Of a stretch of DNA of 64,000 nucleotides, positions 51,501 to 63,414 are shown piece after piece (positions within the stretch are counted from its first letter, which is position 1; every line of letters starts with the position of its first letter). The translations under genes were made by a program, and so were the position numbers. The notes beneath the pieces were generated by a model. It searched no databases. It was not told the DNA's origin and worked only from the letters and a program-made list of their open reading frames with translations. This DNA is from Felis catus (Eukaryota): NCBI RefSeq assembly GCF_018350175.1, contig NC_058368.1:145454001-145518000 (forward strand), written 5' to 3'.

Positions 51501-52132
51501 TCTAACCATTTCTGCATACAACCCAAAGATGGAAACCTTTTGATGGGGTCTTATTTGAACTGCTCTGGAGGGTTATAAGGAAGAGAGTGATGCTGTTATC
51601 TCCAGGAACTTCAGGACCCAAAACAACTACATATCGTTACTCTTTAGTCTGATACGTCTCAGAGACTGCATGAGTGTTTGACTAAGGAAAAAAGAGTCCT
51701 GAGTACTCAAGGGGTGGGCATCCAAACTCGCTGGGCAGCTTCCCTGCTTCTTTAAACACATATTTTTTATTTGCTCCTTGAAGGCAGACAGCCAAATTAT
51801 GACACATTCTGCTGCTGAGTGAGCACCTCTCATTCCTACTACTTGTGCATTTAGGATCCCAGTTCCCTAGGGGGTAACATGCGTTTAAGAGAAGAACTAA
51901 GTCCTTCCCAGTATTCTTCTTTTTCTAACTCCTTTTCCAATTTTAAGTTTGGAGGGGGCAGTGGAACACACTTAATACATTTGTTACCCAGCAGTGGGTG
52001 AGAGGTAACTGTCCTTCTGTGTAGTAATAATAAATACTCTACATTCAAATAGTGCTTGGCAGTTTATGAAGTCCATTCTTAGAAAAACACTGACATTTTC
52101 AAGTGCTCACTAACGGCCCCCTCAACCACTAT

Positions 52133-52348
52133 TTTTTTTAATGTTTATTTATTTTTTGAGAGACATAGAGAGACAGAGCACAAGTTGGGGAGGGACAAGG
52201 AGAGAAGGAGACACAGAATCTGAAACACGCTCCAGGCTCCCAGCTGTCAGCACAGAGCCCGACGTGGGGCTCAAACTCACAAACCATGAGATCATGACCT
52301 GAGCCATGATGTCAGATGCTTAACCGACTGAGCCACCCAGGCGCTCCC
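52133..52348 (-). mobile_element. Can-SINE (felid type)
   Basis: Reverse-strand body; TSD including ACCACTATTTTT. Confidence 0.92.
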
Positions 52349-54965
52349 CTCCCCCCGCCACCACTATTTTTGAAGCACGTTGTGGTAGAGAAGTATTTGT
52401 ATCATGCAGAAGGCTTTGTGTATTGCCCATCATTTCAGGACCTTTTTGTGTCCCATTTTTCCTTTTGGAGGGCTTGGTTTTGGTCAAAAGCTTATGGCAA
52501 GTGTTAGAAATGTAGTGAAAACCTTAGGCATGTACATAATGTCTTAGGGCTTCACCAGAGTCCTAAGCTTACATAGTTTTCCTTTTCATTACAACTAGAG
52601 ATTTCTATATTTATTTCAGCTTGAATTCTGATTTATTCCTGCTCTGTCTTTCTTCTTTTCCTTTGTTCTCAATCTCTATTGAAAAATAGACCAAGTGGTT
52701 CTTCTCATTTTCAAAATATTTAATTCTTTGGCTGACATATGGGTTCTTCTTGGGAACTGTTTTGACATATTTCTTTAATTAGTCAGTAGGGCTGCTTTTG
52801 AATAGGGAAGGAAACATTTCTTCCATTCAGCAACTGAATGTCTGTTCTTTCTGGAGATCCATTCTATTATTGGCCCAGGGAGTAAGTGTATAGAATTAAA
52901 AATGTAACCCAGATATTTCATGTGGAAGATTTGTCTACTTGTTATACGCCTAACGGATGCTTATTGAGAAACAGGGAGAAAGGAATAGCCAAAGAATGAT
53001 TCACTCTCAAAGGCAGTATGAACCAAACCATGATAAAGGCCAGAATAAAGGGAGAATAATGGAAAGTTTGGACTTAGAGCAGTGTGTAAATCATCAAAGA
53101 AGAAGAGTAAGAGGCTTGTTCATGGTCTGGAACAAGAAGTCATCTTTGGAATGCATTCCACAGAAGAGAATAGCCTTCTATGCATTCCATAGAAGAGAAT
53201 AGCAGGAAAACAGAAAGATGGAGTTGGAGGACGTTGGGGAATAAAAGTAAAATATCCACAGCTCCGTCCAACAGCTTGGAAGGGAAGGTAACAGGTTGGT
53301 TTTTCTGAAGAGGCTGGGAAAAACATTGGAGAAGATGAGGAGGGTGAGTGCCAAGCTATAGAGCTGGAGAGAGGATGGCATATTTGGGGAACAGTGAGAG
53401 ACCAGTTTGAAGTACAGGTTTCCTTAGGATGAGCTGTGGAAGAAATGTTTTTAAAGATACGTTGAGGTCAAATTATGACAGAGATAATGGGTTGGAAGGG
53501 GTTGCCAGCACAGTGAGAGCTAAGGCAGCTTGTTGAACAGTAAAGAAAAGTTGGATTAGAGAGGTATTTAAAGATCGAGGCAAAAATGATTCTAGTTAAT
53601 TATTTACAATAAGCAGAAACTAGAAAATGATTTGACAGATAATTTAGAGTCTTATTTGATTGCAGAGAATCTTTAAGGAAGTTCATGTATTTATATAAGT
53701 TAGTAAATCTAGCCACAGCCATGATAATGGAATGGAACATGAATTTTAGTAAGTTGAAAAGAGATTCTAGGGATTGAAATGAAATTTAAAGAGCAAACAG
53801 TGAAAGTTATTAAGAAATAATGAAAAACTATTTAACTCATACAAGGATATTCAAATTGAAAAATCCAAACAATAGAGGATGTTTAACAAGAATTATTTGT
53901 TGAACCATGTAAATGCTTGAAACAATATGGGGAGTTAAGATGCTGGCTTAGGACATATGATGGGAATAGAATCCCATTGAAAAATCAAGCCCTGGTTTAA
54001 GAATGTATTAAAGAAAAAAATGTGAGAGAAATGTGAAACAAAACTACAGGGAGAGCTAATTAGCCAAAAGGTTCATTCTAACTTGTGTTAGTACAAAACA
54101 CCACATTCACAAAAAGCAACAGATTTTAAGTGGATCCAGAGATGAAAAGAAGACATGAAAAGGTAAGTTTATTTTCTTACCTGTGAGAGACTATGTTTTA
54201 GCTTTCCTAGACAGGTGGATGGTTGTGTTGTGCTCCATAAAGAAGAAACATTTCTTTGCTTACTCTTGGCAAATGGGTCCTATGTGAAACAGCCTTTAAA
54301 AACATACATGAGTGCATACTGTATGCACAGCACAAAAACTCATTTGCCTATTTTCTAAATCTGGTGAAAAAATACCACTGTTCAATTTGAAGCTAGGTTA
54401 TTGCTTTCCTCCTTCTTTAAAGTCATCAAAGCAGAGTTCTTTAAATCCATATATTAGGTGCTATGCTAAGAAGGTGGAGATTGCCTTTTCTGTAGAGAGA
54501 GGATCAAGTTAGATGGATACTCAAGGTACTTCTATACAGCATAGTAGGTCCAAGTGCTGGAGGTACCGAGGTTTGAAGAGAGCCAGGAGTCCAAAATGCT
54601 GAGTAATGGGATGCCGGACCATGAGGTTGGAATCAAAGCCTCAGAACACTTTGGGTAGAGTGCCTTCTGTTTCAGAACTAGTAGACCTAACCTCGTAGAT
54701 ATTCATCTGGTGATTTGGTCCTTGGAGTGCTGATGAATAGGTAGGTATCAATTCAAAATCGGTATCTTGGGTATGTTGTGGACCCAACGCTGCTTCCCTT
54801 GGGACATTTTCTGATTAAGAGATTCCTCAAGAAGGTTTTGTATGTACTTCCACTAGGTAAGTATTTAACTTAATTTAAATGAGAGATTATAGCATCACTT
54901 GCATTATTACTAGTTTTTAACACAATATGTGGACTGTTTATGGTGACTCAAAATCAGTACTTTTG

Positions 54966-55410
54966 GAGGCTTCTGAGTGGCTCAATAGTGTCCTACCTCA
55001 ATAAGTGCCCTACTTCAGCTCAGGGCACCATTTAACAGTTAATGAGTTCGAGCCCTGTGTCAAGCTCTGTGCTGACAGCTTAGAGCCTGGAGCCTGTTTC
55101 GGATTCTGTGTCTCCCCCGCCCCCCTCTCAAAAATAAATAAACATTAGGGTGCCTCAGTGGCTCCTTTGGTTGAGCATCCAACTTCAGCTCAGGTCATGA
55201 TCTTGTGGTTCGTGGGTTCGAGCGCCATGTCAGGCTCTGAGCTGACAGCTCGAAGCCTGGAGCCTGCTTCAGATTCTGTGTCTCCCTCTCTCTCCGCCCC
55301 TCCCTTGCTCGCCCTGTGTGTGTGTGTCTCTCTCTCTCTCTCAAAAGTAAACATTAAAAATCTACATAAAAATAAATAAATAAATAAATAAATAAACAAA
55401 CATTAAAAAA
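54966..55410 (+). mobile_element. Two head-to-tail Can-SINEs (54966-55146 and 55148-55410)
   Basis: The second SINE starts immediately after the AATAAATAAACATT tail of the first. Confidence 0.88.
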
Positions 55411-55884
55411 TTACCTCTTTTTGTCCTGTTGGCCTTATTTCTCATAAAAATAGATTGCAACATACATACACTTTCTCATGTAATTGAAAGATATATTTGT
55501 TTTCTACTCAAATTACTAGATAAATATATAACATTTAAAAAATTTGCACTGGTAATTTTAAAAATACATAATGATTAAGCAAGTGTTTTAAACCATTTGT
55601 CTGGGCTATATTTGTTAGGTATACTTGGTTGCAAATAATTGGAGCTGACCATGATAAACAAAAAAGGATTTCTTGGAAAGGTAGAACTTAGAGTTATCTG
55701 AATGCATTAGAATGACAGGAATGTGTGCCTTCCTTTGGCTTTAGTGGTGAGAAGTGGGGCTCTGCCTTCTACTTATTTTGGAATTTCTCTCCCAAGTTGG
55801 AAATATGTTTGGATACTGAAAAATAAAATATCCACTCTATCTGTATCTACTTAATCCTATAGATTTATATAATCATGTTTTTTA

Positions 55885-56098
55885 AATTCATTTATTTATT
55901 TATTTATTTATTTATTTATTTGAGGGTGAAAGAGAGAGGCACATGGGGGAGGGGCAGAGAGAGAAAGAGAGAATCCCAAACAGGCCCTATACTCAGTGCA
56001 GAGCCCCATGCAAGGCTCAATTTCATGACCGTGAGATCATGACCTGAGTGGAAATCATGAGTTGGATGCTGAACTGACTGAGCCGGCCAGGTGCCCCC
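55885..56098 (-). mobile_element. Can-SINE with (TTTA)n tail
   Basis: Reverse-strand body; TSD including CATGTTTTTT. Confidence 0.9.
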
Positions 56099-56400
56099 AA
56101 GCATGTTTTTTTTTAATATAAATTGTGATTTTTTTTATCATGATTGTTCAGTCTTTATTCTTAGTAGTAATTGTGCTAATTGCTGTAGAAATAATGTTGA
56201 ATGTTCATCTATCCAACCATTCAAAAATATTTGTGCACAAGGCATGAAGGTGTCTGTGGAATACAGAGATGAATAAAGGAAATCAGAGATGGATGATGCC
56301 CTCAAGGAGCATATGGTCTAGTGAGGGAAACAAGACAGTCTGAAATTCACTAACAAGGACAATATGTTAATAGCCATAATAGAGGTAAAAATTACCACCA

Positions 56401-56750
56401 CGAAGAGTAGATTGGTGGTTGCCAGGGGCTGGGCAGTAGGGGAAATAAGGAAATGTTGGCTCAAGGGTACAGATTTTCATTTATAAGATAAGTAGTTCTA
56501 GGGATCTAATATACAGCATGGTGTCTATCATTAACAATATTTTATTGTCACCTGGAAGTTAACTAAGAGAGTACATTCTAAATGTTCTAACCACACACAT
56601 ACAAATGGTTAACTATGCGAGGTGATGGATGTGATAACTAACCTTTTGTGGTAAACATTTCCTAATATATACATATATTAAGTCATGTTGTATACCTTAA
56701 AGTTACACAATTTTCTATGTCCATTATATCTCAGTAAAGCTGGGGGGAAA
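56401..56750 (+). mobile_element. L1MA9-like 3' end
   Basis: GAGTAGATTGGTGGTTGCCAGGGGCTGGG...TATCTCAGTAAAGCTGGGGGGAAAA. Confidence 0.85.
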
Positions 56751-56999
56751 ACTGCTACCAGGGCTCAGAGAGCAGAGATTGTCTTGAGCTGGAGTGATTA
56801 AGAGAGATCTTGGCTGGACTTGGGATTTGTCCATGCAGTGATGAGTGAAAGAGCAGGACAGCCTAGTAAGAAACCCAGGAAAGGCAAAATTCTGGATACT
56901 CCTAGGTTAGGCAGTGTTAGTGGAGACCACTAGTGACAACTACAACAGCATAACCAATATGTGTGCATTGCTTTATGGTTTGCACAGAGCTCCTGGGTA

Positions 57000-57240
57000 G
57001 CGACAGAGTGTAGCGGTAAAAGTGCAGGGTCTGGAGCCAGAAAGCATTGGTTCTGATTCCTAGCTCTGCTACTAACGAACTGCAGTTATCTAACTTTTCT
57101 TTTTCTGTCATCCAAAAAAAAAGTTTTTTTGAGATAATAATAATCATAGTAGTAATACCTACTTCATAGAGTTTTGAGGTTTGTAAGCTGATACATGACA
57201 TGGGGCTTGGCATGTAGTACCTTTCAATAATGCTAGCTGT
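57000..57240 (+). mobile_element. MIR fragment
   Basis: TCTGGAGCCAGA..TTCCTAGCTCTGCTACT..TAATACCTACTTCATAGAG core. Confidence 0.7.
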
Positions 57241-57243
57241 GTT

Positions 57244-57344
57244 GGGGCACCTGGGTGGCTTAGTCGGTTAAGCTTCTGACTCTTGATTTCCGCTCAGGTC
57301 ATGATCTCATGGTGGTTAGTGAGATTGAGCCCTGCATTGGGCTA

Positions 57345-57379
<35 letters not shown>

Positions 57380-57398
57380 AAATAAGCATTAAAAAAAT
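57244..57398 (+). mobile_element. Internally deleted Can-SINE with (TAAA)n tail
   Basis: SINE head joined directly to the TAAA array. Confidence 0.85.
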
Positions 57399-58843
57399 AA
57401 TGCTAGGTGTGTTGTGTATCTTGATCCTCACAATAACATTGTTAAATAGGAGCTGGTAGTATCCTTGTGCACATGCATAAAAACTGAGTGCTCGGAGGGG
57501 TTAAATGATTTATTCAAAGGTACATAGAAAATTATGGGGTTGAGACTCAAACTCTTTAGCTCATTTTTTACTGCATGATGCAGTAACCAAAATTTAGGAA
57601 ACATGTAGGTTAACTGATGTCGTATGTAAGTAAAGAGAAGTTTCCATAATCTGTATTTTTGGAATTTTTTTTTAGGTTTCCTGAGATTAATAAAGACACA
57701 AAATGATAGAAATGTACATAGGAATAAATCAAAATTACAGAATTAGGCAGCATAGTTTCTGGTATGAATGTACATGAACAATTAACACTCATTTCATATC
57801 ACAATATAATTTTCTCACTGAAGCAAAAATGAATTTTCCCCTTTGGTGGAGCATCATCTCTGCCTTACTGTGGAGTATGACATGAATTTTATATCCTTCA
57901 AACCTCTCTTGAAGACAGTATATTGAATAATGACAGATTTCTTTGTGAATAATACACCCTTTCCTTTTTATTTCTAGTGACCACATTCAGAACATTATTA
58001 TTCAACTTACTGTAAATAATGTATACTCTCTGTAATCTTCATTTTAGGAGTTATGAAATTTTAGTGAAACCATGCACAATAGGATAAAGGTGACTTCTGC
58101 GTGCTTGTGCTAGAGTTAGGTGGTGCCTGTGAAATATCTCATGCTGTTATTTGATTCATGAAAACTAATAGCCCTGAGAAATTTAATTTAGAGAGCCGCA
58201 CATTTTGAGTAATATATAGATTACTTGACATGTAGGTTATTATTCAATTGAGAGATTTTATATGAAAATTGTTAAATTAAATGCTACTGGCAGTTGCTAA
58301 AGATTGTACTTTTTAATTATTCTATTTTTCATCCAATGTCTCTTCTTCTTTTGTCATTAACATTCTAGGTTGCTGACAGAATATTCCTTTAGCTCAGATG
58401 TGTATTGTCATTCCAGGAGATAGAGGCACACAGTAGGCACTCTATAAACACTTGTTAAATAAATGACCTTAATTTACCATGCTTACTTTGTAGGTTGCCG
58501 CTGAAATTATTTCAGCTTCTACTTCAATTTTTCAAGTATGCAAGGGATTTTACTGAGCTTCTCAGCCTCAGTGTGATTAATGAGATTTCTAAGCATGTTA
58601 AAATTGGTGCTATCGAATATCTTAGGTCTAAAACTAGGGAGTTGTTGATTGAGTATGCTTATGTCATATCTGACTGAGGCCAGACAGAAAAAACAGACCC
58701 TCTTAGTATGATTTAAAGTTTCTGATTGAAGATACCTTCAACTGAACATGAAGGCACATTATAATGTGTTTCATGAGCTTAACTAAATATTTACTTATGC
58801 CCACGATTTTATGTTAAGTTAAAGTTTCAGGTCTTTGGTTTTC

Positions 58844-59057
58844 TTTTTTTTTTTTTAATTTTTTTTTTAACGTTTATTTATTTTTGAGACAGAGAGAGAC
58901 AGAGCATGAACGGGGGAGGGGCAGAGAGAGAAGGCGACACAGAACCGGAAGCAGGCTCCAGGCTCTGAGCTATCAGCCCAGAGCCCGACGTGGGGCTCGA
59001 ACTCATGGACCGCGAGCTGAAGTCCAATGCTTAACCGACTGAGCCACCCAGGCGCCC
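58844..59057 (-). mobile_element. Felid SINE with 16-bp TSD
   Basis: TSD CAGGTCTTTGGTTTTC at 58828-58843 and 59058-59073. Confidence 0.94.
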
Positions 59058-59101
59058 CAGGTCTTTGGTTTTCATAAATAGGTTCAAAATCACAAAGTCC
59101 A

Positions 59102-59224
59102 GGGGTACCTGGGTGGCTCAGTCATTTGAATGTCTGACCCTTGATTTCAGCTCAGGTCATGATCTCAGGGTCATGGGATTGAGCCCCACGTTGGGCTCTG
59201 CACTGAGCATGGAGCTTGCTTGGG

Positions 59225-59268
<44 letters not shown>

Positions 59269-59318
59269 CCCCCCTCCTCCCCAGGTTGTGCATGCTCTGT
59301 CTAAAATTTAAAAAAAAA
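59102..59318 (+). mobile_element. Can-SINE with (CT)n
   Basis: TSD AAAATCACAAAGT. Confidence 0.92.
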
Positions 59319-59764
59319 TCACAAAGTTCTTTAAAGAACTGTAACATTTAAGCTCTACTTCTATGACATGATTTTTTAAATCTATTTGATGATCTCAGTT
59401 TAATGGTTTCACTGGAATTTCTGAAGTTTCCATTTGGTTTTGAAATAGAGTCACAATAATATTTTGAATATATTTTATGATTAGGTCAAAAATTTTTGTT
59501 TTTGCATAAAAGATCATAAAACTAACTTTTGTATGTCTTTGATCATGAGGGTAAGAGCTGTGTGTGACTGGGCACATTGATGATAAAGGGTTAGGGAAAA
59601 GAACCCACATCATAATTCATTAAGTTATTATTGTCATATGTGTATGTGGGAGGCAAAGCTATATTTCCCAAATCATCTGCAATGGAAATGGTCAGCAGAA
59701 GCTGGAGAGATTGGCACTCTTGTCAGAGTAGCTAGTATAAGCACTCATTTAAGCATCATTAATC

Positions 59765-59973
59765 CTTTTTTTTAATATTTATTTATTTTGAGAGAGAGAG
59801 AGTCAGAGCGTGATCAAGGGAGTGGCAGAGAGAGAGGGAGACACAAAATCTGAAACAGGCTCCAGGCTCTGAGCTGTCAGCACAGAGCCCGACATGGGCC
59901 TTGAACTCACAAGCCATGAGATCATGACCTGAGCCAAAGTACTATGCTCAACCGACTGAGCCACCCAGGCAAC
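59765..59973 (-). mobile_element. Can-SINE (felid type)
   Basis: Reverse-strand body. Confidence 0.9.
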
Positions 59974-59994
59974 CAATTCATGTTTTTTTAAAGC

Positions 59995-60303
59995 ATATTA
60001 TTAATATATATTTTTTATTTTAGAGAGAGATGGCATGAGTCATAGAGAGAGAGAGGGAGAAAGAGAGAGAGAGACACACAGAGAGAATCTCAAGCAGGCT
60101 GCATGCTCAGCGTGCAGCCCGACACAGAGCTTGATCCCACAAGCCTCCCACATACACATAAGACAATAATGAGTTAATGAAATATGATGTGGGTTCTTTT
60201 ATCTAAGCCTTTACCATGTGCCCAGTCAGCTCATACCTTCACGATCACGAGCTGAGCTGAAATCAAGAGTTGGATGCTCAAATGACTGAGCCAGCCAGGC
60301 GTC
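59995..60303 (-). mobile_element. Can-SINE interrupted by a ~105-bp non-SINE insert
   Basis: SINE sequence stops at GATCCCACAA (60142) and resumes at GATCACGAGCTGAGCTGAAATCAAGAG. Confidence 0.88.
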
Positions 60304-60984
60304 TTAATACGTGTGTTTTTAAACAGTCTGTAAATGCGTTAGAGGATTTAATCACATCTATTCACTTAAAAAACACTGTTCTCTTTCTAGCAGGTAGGTA
60401 GCACTGTTACAAACATGCATGTAGGAGTATCATGCATCCTTTTATGCTTTGAACTTATTATTTTTAACTCTGTAATTATCTGTTATTCTAAGTTGAGCAG
60501 ATCATTTTTTTAATTCCTCTGTTGTAATATGTTAGCTTTTTTCCCTGTAAATTTGGTGTTGTCTGAAAATTTATGTCACATACCCTCAATTCTAGCATCA
60601 AATCTGATGAAAATATTTTATACCATTTGTTCTGGGTCTTTCCACATTGCTGCTAGCTGCTGATTATTGCATTTTGTATGAATGGTTACAGCAGAATATG
60701 TGGGTTTTTGTCAGTGGTAATATCTGAACCACTTACCCCATCCTTAGGTTGTTGGGTGGAATAATTTAAGGAGTAAAATTAAAATCGTTATTGACATTAA
60801 ACCCAGCATTCTTCTCTAGGTCTGCAAAGCCTTTCTCTGTCTTAGAGGAAATAAGATTAAGTAGGGTGTCCTTTCATTTATCATTTATTCAGTAAATATT
60901 TATAAAGCATTTGCAATGTGTGAGTGATGGGGCTTGGAACTGCACTGTGGGACTATAGTGGGGAAAGAATAAACATGGTCTCCG

Positions 60985-61083
60985 CCCTCAGAGGCTGAGG
61001 GAACAGCAGGAAGGGCACTGAGACACCCCTCACAGGCCGAGGGAACAGCAGGAAGGGCACTTCCAGCAGGAAGGGCAATTCCA
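60985..61083. repeat. Local tandem duplication (42-bp then 18-bp period)
   Basis: CCCTCA.AGGC.GAGGGAACAGCAGGAAGGGCACT twice; CAGCAGGAAGGGCA three times. Confidence 0.85.
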
Positions 61084-62020
61084 CCTCCAGTGCAGTCATG
61101 AACTGGCTGCATAATTTTGGCTGATGTATGGTTCCCAAGACCTTGGTTGCCTTATTGATAAATTGAGTAATTATACCAGCTCTAACATTTTATTCTCCTA
61201 CGACTTGATTTCTTCTAACTTTGACATCTGAAAATTATTTTAAAAGCATGTCATCTGTTTATAATTTTATTATTTGGTTTACTTTTTAACATTGAAGTAC
61301 TTAAGATCCTATTCCCCTCTTTGAACATCAGTGCGCACACACACACACACACACGTGTGCACATACATATTTTGAAGATGTGTAGTGCTTATCTTAAGGG
61401 CAAAGTTTGGCCCTGCTCTGTAAATGTGTTCAGAAAACAATATAACACAGATACTGAAGGCAGCTTGTTTTTAACTTGTAGCTAAACATGACATTCAAAT
61501 GTTAATTGGATGAATAAATCTTGTTCATTTTACAGACATGGAAATGTCAATGGAATAAAACTATTTATCACAAGATAATGGTCTCCTGCCGCCAGATAAA
61601 TGCCAAGATGAAGATACTTATTGAAAATGTATCAAAATATTCTATTGCTATTTATCGAAAATAAAGGTTGAGGAAAAGTTCAACTTTTCAGGTCAAACAT
61701 GAGAAATGCCCTGCCTATGGTATTAATGTATTATATCATCAAACACAATGTGCATGGTGTAGGAACATGAGAAAATTCTAAGAAATAATGGCCCTTAAGT
61801 GAATCCCTTAGCTTTGTAGTGTGAAAGTTACTGGAGCCGTTCAGTGGGAGCTAGGAGGAGATACCTACTATGTATTAAGCTCTGACTGTGTGCCTGACCC
61901 AGTCCCAGGTGTGTTCACTGATGCACACCTGTTCACGTGAACAGAATTTGAAAAGGATAATTATCCTCATTTACAGGTAAGGTTGAAAGCCAGATAGCTT
62001 GCAGTCACATAGAGAGTGCT

Positions 62021-62087
62021 GAATTCAAACAGCAGAATTCAAACTCAGAATTCAACAACAGAATTCAACAGCAGAATTCAAACTCAG
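62021..62087. repeat. 13-bp minisatellite (5 x GAATTCAA) inside a MIR-like relic
   Basis: GAATTC at 62021, 62035, 62048, 62061 and 62074. Confidence 0.85.
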
Positions 62088-63285
62088 CCTGGACTCCCAA
62101 GTCCAGAGATCTTCTCTTACACTTCACCATCTCTACTTAAACTCCATAAGTCTGAATGAAATACCTTTTGCTTTTGGGGGTGTGGTTTGAGTAGATTATT
62201 TCTCTGAGTTTTATTGTAACCTGATGACCAAATACTTCTTCGGGTCTAATGATTTGACGTACTGATGAGCTTTCTTTAAGTGTTATTTTCCACTTGCCTA
62301 AAGAAGGGAGCACACTCATAAGTTCTGAGGACTTGATAGCTCTGAGTGGGACAGTAGCATTAAATTCTAGTAGTAAGACCACCTTCTGCCAGCAGTTTGT
62401 GCTTTCAAGGTCTTTAGGTAATTTTCTCTTACTACTTTATTTTGCCAATTTAGACACCTATTTCTCTACTAACCTTATGCCATAGTGGCCTTCATAAAAT
62501 AAATTATTTGGATTGTTACGAATATAGGTGAATTGTCAAAGCTGTTTAAAGAAAGGAAGAGAGAACTCTTGTTCACTAGACATTGTCTTAATCTCTTCAT
62601 ACTGATTCCTTCTCATGTCCCTCCAGCCTTAACTATTCCTTCTCCACCTGTCACAAACACTGGGTGTTAATGGCTCCCTCCTCTGGACTGTCTGAGAATT
62701 GCAGTTTTCATCTTGGCAGTGACCGCTTTCTACCTAGTGTTTTAGTATCAATATACTCTCGATATACTTGTCATAGTTTCACTAGCAAAAGGTACGCTTC
62801 TTACTAGGAGAAACTGTGTGCTTTCCTTTTCTCTATTCCCCATGGTACTCCGCAGTGTGATTTGAACATTACAGATATTTAGTCAATGAGAGAGTGAATG
62901 AAGCATGTGTATGGTCTTTGATTTAAGAACTAGAGGGAGTATTAAGATTTCAGAGGTATTCATAGTGCACCCTTGTGAATATGGAAGTCTGTCTACCTGG
63001 TCTTTTTCCTATGCTTGTATCTATTAGTCATCTCTAAAATACATTTGGATTTTATTTATTTTTCAGAATTCCTATAGGCAATGAATGAGCAGATAATTTA
63101 ACTGCTAGATGCTTACAAAGGAGAGAAGCTTGACTGTTTAAATTTCCCTCAGGAAGAAAATAGTAATTCCTATAGCACTCTTTTGATACATAAGTCATAT
63201 GTGTACTAGCAAAGATTTTTTAAAAAAATATAATATTCTTCTAGTAGTTTTAGATAGACACCAAGCACCATTGTGTCAAATGGAT

Positions 63286-63292
63286 TACTGAC
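63286..63292 (+). promoter_or_regulatory. Candidate splice branch point TACTGAC
   Basis: Near-consensus branch sequence with A63291 25 nt upstream of the acceptor AG. Confidence 0.55.
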
Positions 63293-63316
63293 AGTCTTTA
63301 CCATGCACTTTTGCAG

Positions 63317-63414
63317 ATGGAAGACCTTTAGCTCTGAAGGACATATGGGAAAGAATCCACGAGTGCTATAAGACAAGGCTGCTGCAGGAGCCATGGGACA
63401 CTATTACCCAACAG
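63317..63414 (+). CDS. ATG10: ATG10 next coding exon (98 nt, phase 1 to phase 0)
   Basis: TTTTGCAG acceptor; G from the previous exon + AT gives Asp, then GRPLALKDIWERIHECYKTRLLQEPWDTITQQ; donor CAG|GTTAGA. Continues the previous exon in frame and matches mammalian ATG10 as recalled. Confidence 0.95.

Larger units (their letters stand above)
48554..63316 (+). other. ATG10: ATG10 GT-AG intron (14,763 bp)
   Basis: GT at 48554, AG at 63315-63316; flanking exon phases are compatible. Confidence 0.9.

Noticed and set aside
62021..62087. CRISPR-like repeat-spacer array
   Set aside because: Mammalian context, 13-bp period and non-unique spacers; a simple minisatellite.
63206..63394. Minus-strand 62-aa ORF over the ATG10 exon
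   Set aside because: An antisense shadow of the real exon with no independent support.
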